Source: Nitrosopumilus sp. (GTDB lineage Archaea > Thermoproteota > Nitrososphaeria > Nitrososphaerales > Nitrosopumilaceae). Taken from it: a stretch of 64,000 nucleotides of DNA. The stretch covers positions 768,001 through 832,000 of the forward strand of contig OZ240211.1 of the NCBI GenBank assembly GCA_965197525.1, written 5' to 3'. A program made the translations under genes and the position numbers. Shown here one piece after another: positions 10,293 to 20,600 of the stretch. The notes beneath the pieces are model-generated. The model made no database searches. It was given only the letters and a program-made list of their open reading frames with translations, and was not told the origin of the DNA. Within the stretch, counting starts at the first letter, position 1. Every line of letters starts with the position of its first letter.

Positions 10293-11531
10293 ATGAGGAT
10301 AGGCGTACATAAATGCCCCAAAATCATAGAATATTTGTTGAAGGCAGTAAAGTCAATAGCACAAAAATATACGCCAAACTCTGACCTAATGGATATGATG
10401 GCCACATTCACAGAAATGGTTAACCGTTGCATCAAGATAGGGTTAAAAGAAGACACACACAATATGAAAAGGCTATCATGTCTATGCTATCACGAATTGA
10501 GAGACTATGACGTTTTATCGTCATACAAACTAAATGCAATATCAAGGGCTGCTGGCATATTGGCAAACAGAAAACAGTCAATAAAACGTGGTGTTAAGGT
10601 TAGATACCCAAAGGTAACAAAGCCGTTTATCACTAATTGTTACGGTATAAAACACAATGGTGCACTACTCACAATCCCATACAAGAGTAGAAATCCAATC
10701 AACATCTTGTTAAACCCGCATACCCAAAAAATCCTGTCAAATCCTGCCTTGACAGTACGCTCGTTTTCATTGACTGCCTTTAGCATCAATCTTTGCGTTT
10801 CCAAGGAAACTGAAAGGATAAAATGCACCAAGACAGTGGGAATCGATAGAAATTTGAGGAATGTTACATGTGGCAATGAGGAGCAAGTAACATTTTACAA
10901 GACAAACAAACTGCTATCCATAAAAGAGAACACCATGCACGCCAGAGCCGGATTCCACAGAAATGATCGCAGAAAGAAAGGTCAATTCTGGAAGATAAAA
11001 CAGCGAAGAATGACCAATAGAACAAAACAATACATACACAGAATATCAAAAGATATTGTGGATAATGCCGTCAAAGAAAAGGCTGTAATCGTTCTAGAAA
11101 ACCTAAAAGGAATTAAAAAACTCTACAAAAAAGGAAATGGTCAAGGCAACAAATACAGGCGCAGATTAAACGGATGGCAATTCTACGAGTTACAACGCCA
11201 AATAGAATACAAAGCCCAATGGGTCGGGCTCCCGCCAGTCGAATATGTAGACCCAAAAAACACGAGCACGCAGTGTCCAAGATGCGGAAAGAAACTCCAA
11301 GAGGACATGCAACACAGTCGTAAAATGTCGTGTAATAATTGCGGATTGTACATGGACAGAGACATTGTAGCTGCCATGAACATATCGCGCAAACCGTCCC
11401 CTAGGTTTAGGGATAGTAGAGATGACATAGGTGAAGCGCAGTCCGGTGTTTTTGAACCGGTGATGATGGAACCCTGCATACCGGTAATCCAGATAGTCGA
11501 TATGTCAAAGTCGAGTGATAGGAGGATGTAA
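10293..11531 (+). CDS. tnpB: TnpB RNA-guided endonuclease (IS200/IS605/IS1341-type)
   Basis: RuvC motifs GIDRN (D), VLENLKGI (E) and MDRDIVAAMNI (D); Zn finger CPRC...CNNC. Real start is probably TTG at about 10338. Confidence 0.93.
   Translation: MRIGVHKCPKIIEYLLKAVKSIAQKYTPNSDLMDMMATFTEMVNRCIKIGLKEDTHNMKRLSCLCYHELRDYDVLSSYKLNAISRAAGILANRKQSIKRGVKVRYPKVTKPFITNCYGIKHNGALLTIPYKSRNPINILLNPHTQKILSNPALTVRSFSLTAFSINLCVSKETERIKCTKTVGIDRNLRNVTCGNEEQVTFYKTNKLLSIKENTMHARAGFHRNDRRKKGQFWKIKQRRMTNRTKQYIHRISKDIVDNAVKEKAVIVLENLKGIKKLYKKGNGQGNKYRRRLNGWQFYELQRQIEYKAQWVGLPPVEYVDPKNTSTQCPRCGKKLQEDMQHSRKMSCNNCGLYMDRDIVAAMNISRKPSPRFRDSRDDIGEAQSGVFEPVMMEPCIPVIQIVDMSKSSDRRM
11394..11525 (+). ncRNA. Predicted TnpB omegaRNA scaffold (E1); boundaries approximate
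   Basis: Overlaps the 3' end of tnpB; conserved in all five elements with covarying hairpins (here CCGGT-gtttttga-ACCGG). Confidence 0.55.
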
Positions 11532-11551
11532 CTTGTTAAATCAACAGGTAC

Positions 11552-12808
11552 CTATGACTTCACAGAACCGTTAACAGTGACTAGAACAGAGTCAGGCTCA
11601 GATAATGGTAAAAAATTATCAAGAGACTTCCATACAAAGGTCTCAATTGTGTATGTTCCAGAGGTTTTAGGAATCCAGGACTGCGATACGTCAATACGCT
11701 GCTCAGGTGGAACTTTACTTTGGAACCACGATAAAAACTCAATGGTCCCATCAGAGGCCTTTACTTGAAAGATGTAGGCAAATGGTTGTGATGCAACGAT
11801 GTCAGGGTTTGTTACAGAGCCAACCATCTGAAAGGGAGTATCCACAGATAAAGGTACGGTTATCGGTTCACCAAAACTATTAGACATTACAACAGGAGAG
11901 CTCTCAAGTTTGTTAAGATACAATGATTCGACTCTGATTGATGATTCAACAGATAAAGTATTAGACGAGTAAACGTTGGAGTCAGGTAAAGTGTGATCAT
12001 GATATCTTGCATATAGATGATCACCTGATTGCACATAGAGTCTATTGCCATTAGATGGCAGATGTTCAGACAGAGATACGGCAACAGTAAAAGAGCCAGA
12101 ATCAGCGGTTGTCTCAACTGCGCGTCCTATGATTCCTGCAACATCAGAATCTGTGTACATATGCACCATAACGGTATCAGGGAATTGAGGATTCAGATTC
12201 ATGTCAGGGTCAATGACACGAACTGTGATAGAATCAGCATTACTGCCATCTAAAAAAAAGACACCGTCATCATTATCATTATTATTATTATGATTATCCA
12301 TATTGCCATGCAAAAGTTCAATGATGCCAGTATTCCAAGCAACATTTACAGTATGTAAGAGCAAAACATCGTCTGCGAATTCAAATGATATGGTTATGCC
12401 TGAATCAGGCTCAACTTCTAGATAACCATTAGTTGGTCCGGTGCCACCGGTACGAGGTGTCGTATCATCAACACCATCACCATCAACATCATATGCAAAT
12501 CCAGTCAGGGTAACTTCTGCTGTAAAGATTCCAGAGTTTGCATCAGTTTCAACAAACCGGTAAGGCATAAGAGAGTGATCAGATGTTGCAATCTTGATTG
12601 GATGTGTGTCAGTATCCCCAATGGTATCAATCAGATATCGGTCAGTATTCCAGCTAGGTGATACGATCGTCATGTAGATTTTATCAGTCCAAGTATAGAT
12701 TGATTTGTCAGTAAGGATAGGAGCATAGGGATTGTAGTAATCAGGTATAGGCTCACCCTCATCTCCGAAGGCAGTAAAGAGAATAATCAGCGGAAGAGAC
12801 AAAAACAC
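11552..12808 (-). CDS. Secreted thaumarchaeal hypothetical protein (Ig-like/S-layer-like domains)
   Basis: Signal peptide; VETDANSGIFTAEV and VIDPDMNLNP motifs; C-terminal WIPKTSGTYTIETFVW. The last codons (GSVKS-stop) come from the E1 right TIR. Confidence 0.75.
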   Translation of the reverse strand: MFLSLPLIILFTAFGDEGEPIPDYYNPYAPILTDKSIYTWTDKIYMTIVSPSWNTDRYLIDTIGDTDTHPIKIATSDHSLMPYRFVETDANSGIFTAEVTLTGFAYDVDGDGVDDTTPRTGGTGPTNGYLEVEPDSGITISFEFADDVLLLHTVNVAWNTGIIELLHGNMDNHNNNNDNDDGVFFLDGSNADSITVRVIDPDMNLNPQFPDTVMVHMYTDSDVAGIIGRAVETTADSGSFTVAVSLSEHLPSNGNRLYVQSGDHLYARYHDHTLPDSNVYSSNTLSVESSIRVESLYLNKLESSPVVMSNSFGEPITVPLSVDTPFQMVGSVTNPDIVASQPFAYIFQVKASDGTIEFLSWFQSKVPPEQRIDVSQSWIPKTSGTYTIETFVWKSLDNFLPLSEPDSVLVTVNGSVKS

Positions 12809-12889
12809 GATATGTGTTAGAAGATATGAGATTTAACGTTTAGGAGACTAGGCTATGTTGTGTTATCGAGGGACAAGAGTAGAAATAAA

Positions 12890-13143
12890 GGTTCTGTTAA
12901 CCTATCGGAGCTTGGTTCATAATCTTATCGGTGTTAACTGTCGGGGCTTTTGGGCACAATCACTTCTGCTATTAAAGATATAAAGTAAAGGGTTCTGTTA
13001 ACTTATTGAGGAGTAATTCTTGCTGTTAACTGTCGAGAGGTCAAACCGTACCAAACCTAACACAAAATCCTGATTTTATTAAATGTAGAATATTTCTAGA
13101 TTCTGTTAAGTTACCGTCGCCTGATTCTTCCTGTTAACTATCG
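12890..13143 (+). repeat. Six direct copies of a TIR-like motif (CTGTTAACYRTCG) arranged as three pairs
   Basis: Motif cores at about 12894, 12931, 12995, 13023, 13103 and 13131; pairs recur about every 101-108 bp. Confidence 0.7.
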
Positions 13144-13158
13144 TCACCCGTCCTAAAA

Positions 13159-13633
13159 GGAATAAGAAAGTTGTACAAAAAAAAAGGAAATGGCCATGAT
13201 GCAGGCAGGATTTTGATGGAATGGTTTTTAATCCATAGGAAATAAATACAGACGCAGATTAAACAGCTGGCAATTCTACGAGCTACAACACCAAATACAA
13301 TACAAAGCCCAATGGGCAGGACTATCAGTCGAATTTATAGATCAAAAACACGAGCTCGCAATGTCCAAAATGCGGAAAGAAACTCCAATAGGACATCAAT
13401 ACAAACGAAAAATATCGTGTAATAATTGGGGATTGTTCGTGGACATAGATGTTATAGATGACATGAACATATCACACAAACTGTTCCCTAGGTTTAGGGA
13501 TAGTAGAGGTGACGTATATGAAGCGCAGTCTGGCACTTTGGTGCCGGTAATGTTGGAACCTGGTATAACACCACCAGTAATCCAAATAGTCGATATGTCA
13601 AAGTCGTGCAATCGTGGTTATGTCCCTCGATAA
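13159..13633 (+). pseudogene. tnpB: 3' remnant of tnpB including the omegaRNA region
   Basis: GIRKLYKK...RRRLNSWQFYELQHQIQYKAQWAGL through IQIVDMSKS, broken by frameshifts. Confidence 0.85.
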
Positions 13634-13650
13634 CACAACAGAACCGGAAA

Positions 13651-13875
13651 TTATTCAGACAATGAGATAGCTAAAATATTATCTCCACGCAGTAAAATCT
13701 TGCCAAACGGTATAGGATTCTTCTCATCAGATACATCCTTGGCATCATTCAAAGTCAGATTCATATGAATATCAAAATCTTTTAGGATGCCTTGTACTAT
13801 AGTAGTGTTGCGCAGTCGTAACGTAACTGTCTTGTCCATGTAAGCGCCCATCAAAGTAGAAATCTCGTCTGCCAA
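13651..13875 (-). CDS. LSm/Sm-like archaeal protein
   Basis: Sm1 (GILKDFDIHMNLTL) and Sm2 (ILLRGDNI) motifs. Confidence 0.92.
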   Translation of the reverse strand: MADEISTLMGAYMDKTVTLRLRNTTIVQGILKDFDIHMNLTLNDAKDVSDEKNPIPFGKILLRGDNILAISLSE

Positions 13876-13884
13876 ATATTATCA

Positions 13885-16800
13885 CTATTTATCCTTCTTC
13901 TTTCTACTGACCTGCATGTACAAGTCGACGGTTCCGCTGCCAATTGGTATGTTACTGCCAACAATAACATTCTCAGTAATTCCTTTGAGCTGTTCTACCT
14001 CACCTGCAAGGGCTGCATGTGCAATTGTGGGAACGGTAATCTCAAATGCAGCTCGTGCAAGAACGCTATCTTTGGTACCTGCAATACCATGTCGTCCTAT
14101 CTGCTGCATATAGCCTCTAGAGCACATTAAATCTGATACCAGCATAATATACCTGTTATCAACCTCTAGCCCTTGGTCACCTAGCGTGTGATTCAATTCG
14201 TTAATCAATGCGTTTCGGGCAGCCTCAATACCCAAGGTGCCTGCAATCTCAAATACGTTGTTTGTACGTACGTTTTGTTTGTCAATACCTTTGACCTCTA
14301 ACAGTTTAGCGATGTTTGAGCCTGTGGTTTGAATGATCCATTGATCGTCTTTTTGAACCAGTGTCACTCGCTCAATATCTGGAACACCACTTACAGTGGT
14401 GTTAAAGACCTTGTTTCTAATAGCAATTGCAGTTGCAGTATCAGTCTCTTCTACTAGATTCAGAGTCAATAGCTCTCCTGTTACCTCTATCTTGAATTTT
14501 TTGTTAGAGGACAATACATCTACAACGTCAGCTACTGTACACCCCCTCTCACGTAATCTTGCTTCACTGAGTGATATCTTGATATTTGTGGAATAGTCAG
14601 TCTGAGTATCAGCAACTAGCGCACTTACCTTTGTTTGTAGTACGTTTTTTGCAATTTGGATGGCCTTCTCTCTTGACCGCTTTGACTCTTCATCAAGATA
14701 GATATCCATAGTTGGTGTGACAGGTTTCTTTCTGGCATCAACTAACTCTATGAGTCTTGGAAGACCTAATGTGACGTTTCGTTCTTTAATTCCGGCAAAA
14801 TGGAATGTCCTAAGCGTCATCTGGGTACCCGGTTCACCGATGGATTGGGCAGTAATGATACCTACTGCCTGACCTGGTTCCACCTTGGCATTGTTGTAAA
14901 GCGATAGTCCTTTTTTACACACAGCCTCGATACCGTTCTTACTAAGATTGGAATTTTGTAGTGCTTCAGTGACAAGTCTAGTTAATCTAGGATTAAACGT
15001 CTTTGTGTACTTTTTAATCAAAGTCGCAATCGCATCTTTTGTTGCCTTGGAACCAGAATCACTGATGGTTTGAGATTCAGCTAATCGGCTTGCATTAAAT
15101 GCCTCTCCATGATCACTCTTTGCCACATCAATTCCGTCTTCACCGTAAAGGAATTGTATGATATGACCGTGTGGATCCCTGACAGTTCCGTCATACTCTA
15201 GTCGGATATGCTCTAATGCGTTTATCAATCTGCGTTGCATGTAACCACTCTGCTGAGTTCTAACTGCAGTGTCAACTAACCCTTCACGACCGCCCATTGC
15301 GTGGAAAAAGAACTCTAATGCAGACAGACCTTCCCTGTAATTTGATTTTACAAATCCGTGGGCATCAGGGTTGTTATCATGTTCTTTGTAGTGGGTTAAT
15401 GCACGATTACTATACCCATCGTTCATTCTGTTTCCTCTTCTTGATTGTTGACCTAATGCACCTGCCATTTGACCTACATTCAATGATGAACCCCTAGCAC
15501 CGGTAGTTGCCATAATCTTTCCAGCATTATTATTGTCAAGTGAGTCATTTGCAGTAGAACCTGCCTTATCTCTTGCCTTGCCTAGCTCATTTACAACGTA
15601 CGCCTCTAACGCTTCTTCTGGTTTCATACCTCTTGTAAGTTTGAGAGTTCCATCCTCGTACTGACTGATAAGATTAGAGACTTGATCGTAAGTTTTTTGT
15701 ATGTCATTTAGTATCTGCTGTCGGTTCTTTTCAGGTACCTCAAGGTCACCATACCCATAACTAAAACCATAATGAGTGATAAATTGTTTAACCATGATAA
15801 GAATAGAGTTCAAGAAATTCTTTCCTACTGCATTGCCATAGTCCTTGGTAATTCTGTGTAGTACACTTTCTGGCTCTTCAGCACCAATGGATGTCTTGTC
15901 AATAACTCCACTGATTAACTGACCATTCTTAATGACCACATCTTTTTGTGCACCTGTTGTTCCTTTAGACCACTTTGAGGTAAGGACATAGGTAAAGTCA
16001 TTTGGAAGAAACAGTGAAAATAACTGTTTGCCAGTATACATTGGTACGCCGTTTTTTGTTGTTGCAGGTTTAGGAAGTGAGTCAGTATATCCACCGAGCA
16101 TTGCATAGTTGGAGAATTCTTGTACGGTTAGAACAGTGTCGTCTTTGGTAAGCAGATATGCGCCAGTCACAAAGTCACGTAGTGCTCCAATAATTGGACC
16201 TCCATATCTTGGAGAGATCAGTTGATCTTGAACCCTCATTAATAAAATTGCCTCTGCTCTTGCCTCTTCGCTTTGAGGAACATGAAGATTCATCTCATCG
16301 CCATCAAAATCTGCATTATAAGGTGGACATACAGAAGGGTGCAATCTAAAGGTTTTACCCGGTAGCACTCTGACATAATGAGCCATAATTGACATCTGGT
16401 GAAGTGATGGTTGTCTGTTAAACATAACAATGTCACCGTCAGATAGATGTCGCTCAATGAGATATCCTATCTCAAGGGTATCAGCTATTGTAGAGCGGTC
16501 CTCTACAAAATCCAGTCGGATCTTTACACCGTCAGGTCGAACAATATAGTTGACACCGGGAAACACGTCAGGACCGTTAATTACTAGTCTCTTCATTCTG
16601 TCAATATTCCATTCAGTAACAATCTCAGGTATAGTTAACTTCATTGCAACTTGTTCAGGCACGCCAACCTCTGATAGATCCAAGTTTGGATCAGGGGAGA
16701 TTACAGTCCTGCTTGAAAAATCGACCCTCTTTCCAGATAATGAGCCTCTGAATCGACCCTCCTTTCCTTTGAGTCTTTGTGTCAGCGTCTTTAGAGGACG

Positions 16801-17685
16801 TCCTGAACGATGATGGGCTTGGGGAATGCCAGATACCTCGTTATCAAAATAAGTTGTAGAGTGATATTGTAATAGATCAACTAGATCTTGAACAATCAAT
16901 GGAGGGGTTCCAGCCTCTTTGCTCTCCTTTAATCGCTGATTGACTCGAATAATATCAACCATCTTGTGTGTTAGATCGTCTTCTGAGCGTATACCAGTCT
17001 CTAGTATGATTGAAGGTCTTACAGTGACAGGAGGAACAGGGAGTGCTTGCAGAACAAACCATTCAGGTCTTGCAGTGCCTGGATCATATGAGAGTAACTC
17101 TAGGTCCTCATCAAGAATGTGGGAGAATCTTTCCCTTATTGTAATTGGTAACAGCCTATGCTCACCGATCTCAGTTTTTTCTACAAATATGGTAGGTTTT
17201 GTAAAGACCAGCTCGTATTGGGCCTTTCCGCAATGAGGACACTCTTTTGCTTTTTTGGCTTTCTCTATAATTTGATCAGGTATGCGTTTTTGTGATATTA
17301 TGGTATATGCAGCCTGTTTTGCTTTTATTCTCTTGAGGGACTCTAAGTCCTCTTGAGGTACTTTGAGTCTCATACAATAACGACATGTTGACTGCAATAG
17401 TTTGTAGATATTGTCAATAAATGCAATATGCAAGATTGGTTCTGCTAGCTCTATATGCCCAAAATGTCCTGGACATCTTGCAGCAGTATTTCCACAGGTA
17501 AGACATTTTTGTCCCGGTTCCAAAGTACCCAATCTTCCGTCCATAAGACCACCTTGAACAGGCATACCGTCTTCATCATATGTCTCAGGAGCAGTAATTT
17601 CAGCAACAGAATATTTTCTGATCTCTGTAGGTGACCACACAGAGAAACGAATGCCATCTATTGCTTTGATTGCTTGAACAGACAT
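13885..17685 (-). CDS. rpoA: DNA-directed RNA polymerase subunit A (fused A'/A'')
   Basis: Catalytic NADFDGDEM motif; a single 1266-aa ORF covers both A' and A''. Confidence 0.98.
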   Translation of the reverse strand: MSVQAIKAIDGIRFSVWSPTEIRKYSVAEITAPETYDEDGMPVQGGLMDGRLGTLEPGQKCLTCGNTAARCPGHFGHIELAEPILHIAFIDNIYKLLQSTCRYCMRLKVPQEDLESLKRIKAKQAAYTIISQKRIPDQIIEKAKKAKECPHCGKAQYELVFTKPTIFVEKTEIGEHRLLPITIRERFSHILDEDLELLSYDPGTARPEWFVLQALPVPPVTVRPSIILETGIRSEDDLTHKMVDIIRVNQRLKESKEAGTPPLIVQDLVDLLQYHSTTYFDNEVSGIPQAHHRSGRPLKTLTQRLKGKEGRFRGSLSGKRVDFSSRTVISPDPNLDLSEVGVPEQVAMKLTIPEIVTEWNIDRMKRLVINGPDVFPGVNYIVRPDGVKIRLDFVEDRSTIADTLEIGYLIERHLSDGDIVMFNRQPSLHQMSIMAHYVRVLPGKTFRLHPSVCPPYNADFDGDEMNLHVPQSEEARAEAILLMRVQDQLISPRYGGPIIGALRDFVTGAYLLTKDDTVLTVQEFSNYAMLGGYTDSLPKPATTKNGVPMYTGKQLFSLFLPNDFTYVLTSKWSKGTTGAQKDVVIKNGQLISGVIDKTSIGAEEPESVLHRITKDYGNAVGKNFLNSILIMVKQFITHYGFSYGYGDLEVPEKNRQQILNDIQKTYDQVSNLISQYEDGTLKLTRGMKPEEALEAYVVNELGKARDKAGSTANDSLDNNNAGKIMATTGARGSSLNVGQMAGALGQQSRRGNRMNDGYSNRALTHYKEHDNNPDAHGFVKSNYREGLSALEFFFHAMGGREGLVDTAVRTQQSGYMQRRLINALEHIRLEYDGTVRDPHGHIIQFLYGEDGIDVAKSDHGEAFNASRLAESQTISDSGSKATKDAIATLIKKYTKTFNPRLTRLVTEALQNSNLSKNGIEAVCKKGLSLYNNAKVEPGQAVGIITAQSIGEPGTQMTLRTFHFAGIKERNVTLGLPRLIELVDARKKPVTPTMDIYLDEESKRSREKAIQIAKNVLQTKVSALVADTQTDYSTNIKISLSEARLRERGCTVADVVDVLSSNKKFKIEVTGELLTLNLVEETDTATAIAIRNKVFNTTVSGVPDIERVTLVQKDDQWIIQTTGSNIAKLLEVKGIDKQNVRTNNVFEIAGTLGIEAARNALINELNHTLGDQGLEVDNRYIMLVSDLMCSRGYMQQIGRHGIAGTKDSVLARAAFEITVPTIAHAALAGEVEQLKGITENVIVGSNIPIGSGTVDLYMQVSRKKKDK

Positions 17686-20600
17686 CTAAATTCGCTCCTT
17701 GATTAATAGACGTGGTGCCACATTAAGACTCTGCATCTCTTGTAATAGTAATTTAAATGCATAAGCTACTGATACAGATGAGACTTTGGCTTTATCACCA
17801 CATACACGACAGACGTATTTTCTCTGCTTAACATCATGATACGCAACAAGACCACATCTTTCACAGACAAAGATATCAGACTTGTCAGACTCGTCTAGCA
17901 ACCTGTCTTTGAGTATCATAGATGCGCCATATGCAATAAGGCAATCACGTTCCATCTCACCGAATCTTAAGCCGCCACCACGTGCCCGTCCCTCAGTTGG
18001 TTGTTTAGTTAACATTTGAACTTGGCCACGTGCCCTTGCATGAATCTTATCGGCTACCATATGATGTAATTTTTGATAGTACACTACACCAATAAAGACC
18101 TCTACTGGAAACGATTTACCTGTTCTTCCATCATACATTATCTCTTTACCAGAATACTCAAAGTTGTGAGCGCTCATTACCTCTTTGACTTCGTCCATCT
18201 TCTCTCCAACAAATGCAGAGCCATCAAAGCGTTTTCCACGAAATGCTGCAGCTTTGCCACATATGGATTCCATCATCATCCCAACTGTCATTCTTGAGGG
18301 GAATGCGTGAGGATTAATCAATACGTCAGGGGACATACCCTCTGCAGTGTAGGGCAAGTCTTCTGCTTTTGCCAATATTCCTAATACACCTTTCTGGCCA
18401 TGTCGTGATGCAAACTTGTCACCAATCTCAGGTATCCTCATATCTCTTGCACGAATCTTGTACATCTTTCCACCTTCGTTTGATTGAGTCATAACGACAG
18501 TATCAATAACTCCAGTCTCAGAGGGTCTGACACCGATAGATGTATCTCGCCTGTATGGTCCTGATGACTCAAACTCTCTGTACTCTTCCATGAATCGTGG
18601 CGGACTAGTCTTGCCAATCAGTATATCACCACCTTTCACAGGTACCTCTGATGCAACTACACCGTCATCCTCCAATAGCCTATATGCACGCTCACCTTTG
18701 TAACCTCGAATATTGTCATCTGCATTTGGAATCTCAAATGTATCGCGCATTCCACCTGGGTATTGTTTTGCTTCGGCGTCATAAATTCTATAAAAGAATG
18801 TTCTTCCAAGACCTCTATCAACTGACGCTTTGCTTAACACTATAGCGTCCTCAATATTGTAGCCATCAAACGGTAATACTGCAACAACACAATTTTGTCC
18901 TGCAGGTCTGTCTTCGAGTCCCAAAAGTTTCATAGCTTTAGTATTAACAATTGGAACTTGAGGATACAGCATAAAATGTTGTCTGACATATGTACTAGTA
19001 TTCATCATAGGTGTAGAAAAGCCCAAGCTCTGTTTTGCCATGGCCGACTCGTATGTATTTCTAGGAGATTGATTGTGTTCAGGATATGGAATGATTGAAG
19101 CGCCTGCCCCAAGAATTGCTGGCGGAAAGACTTCCAGATGGGTGTGCTGGTTTACAACATTCTCATCTAAAGTAATGTAACAGTTCTCTTCTTCGTTTGC
19201 ATCTATCATCTCAAGGATACCCATCCTCAGAAGATCAGTCCAAGAGAGTAATTTTTTGGAGATCTTGTCTAAATGATCACTAGTTAACAACGGTTTACCG
19301 TCTTTGATGATAATTAACGGACGCAAGACCCGGCCTGCATTACAGTTAGCGTATAATCTTTTTGTAGAGCCGTCAATTCCAGATTGGTGAAATGACACTC
19401 CAACATGAGGATGAATCTTCGATGATCTCCTCAAAGTCCTCAAAGATTCAGCTAGTTCGTTACCATCTTTGTAATATCCGATGAGGCGACCGTCTACGAA
19501 TATCCTAGCACCGTCTTGTTTTAGGTCTTCTTTGGCATCAAAAAAGTGAACCGTTCCAAGCTCGTAGAGTTTTTCTACTATCTCTTCTGAAGGCACATTA
19601 ACTGAGATTATTCCAGATAATGCTAGATTCTTTACCAGACCACAATTGGAGCCTTCAGGCGTCTCACTTGGGCATATTCTTCCAAAGTGAGTGGCATGTA
19701 AGTCCCTTGCCTCAAAGTTTGGCTGGGTTCTACTCAAAGGAGATTGAATTCTTCTCAAATGACTTATAGTTGAGAGATAGTTGGTTCTATCCAACAGTTG
19801 GGTAACGCCTACACGACCTCTTCCCCAGTTACCTGTAGCGATAGCATTGTTTAGTTTATCAGTAATAATACCAGGACGAATTGCAGCAGCAACCGCATTT
19901 ATTCCACGCTTCTGCCCAGATCTCTCAAGCTGATACTTCATATCTCGTACTAAATTTCTAAAAGCAGTTCTAAACAGATCTGCAAGCATCTGTCCTGCAA
20001 ATTTAATTACTTTGTTGCCATAGTGGTCCTTGTCATCAGGAGTTATCCAACCAAGTTTTAACTCTAATAGTTTACAGGCAGCCTCACCTAAGAATTGTGC
20101 CTTTTCTTTTCTATTTTCAGGATGTTTGCCCAGATGTGGTAGCAGCCCCCAGTCAAGTAAAGTCTCAGCGCGTTTTATCTGGAACTCTTCTAGCATTCCT
20201 GGCGCAATTCTTTTACTGATATACACAATAGCATCTTTTGAGGTAGGTACATCACCTGCTTTTTCAAATGATCCCTCCAATTCATCTTGTATCATAGATA
20301 CTAGTGAAACAACAGATGCGATCTCCCTATCAGATTCCAATCCCAGAGCTCGTATCAACGTAACTACAGGTATATCAACCGGAGAACCTGGAATTCGTGC
20401 AACAATCAACCCATCATTTTTCATGACTAGTTCCAACTTTGCGCGATATCCAACGATTGAAGAGTACACTTTAGCCTTAAATACACTGTTTCCACTTACA
20501 TTCTCTTTATCAACAATAATTTTGTTATAAGAGAGATCCTCTAACCCTACAATTACACGCTCTGAACCATTAATGATAAAGTAGCCACCGGGATCGTTTG

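Larger units (their letters stand above)
10264..11569 (+). mobile_element. TIR-bounded tnpB element E1 (IS6-like ends; flanks do not form a duplication)
   Basis: Left end GGCGCTGTCAAGTTATAGAGACCT and reverse-complemented right end GGTTCTGTGAAGTCATAGGTACCT match at 18/24. Flanks CAAAAACG and GTTAACAG differ. Confidence 0.8.
12851..13645 (+). mobile_element. TIR-bounded tnpB deletion derivative E5
   Basis: Left GGCTATGTTGTGTTATCGAGGGAC vs right reverse complement GGTTCTGTTGTGTTATCGAGGGAC (21/24); decayed 8-bp duplication GGAGACTA/GGAAATTA (6/8). Confidence 0.8.

Noticed and set aside
10264-13645. E1 + gene + E5 as one composite transposon
   Set aside because: The outer flanks (CAAAAACG vs GGAAATTA) do not match, and E5 has its own decayed TSD.
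13885-17685. Fused RpoA'/A'' subunit
   Set aside because: Established feature of Thaumarchaeota; not novel.
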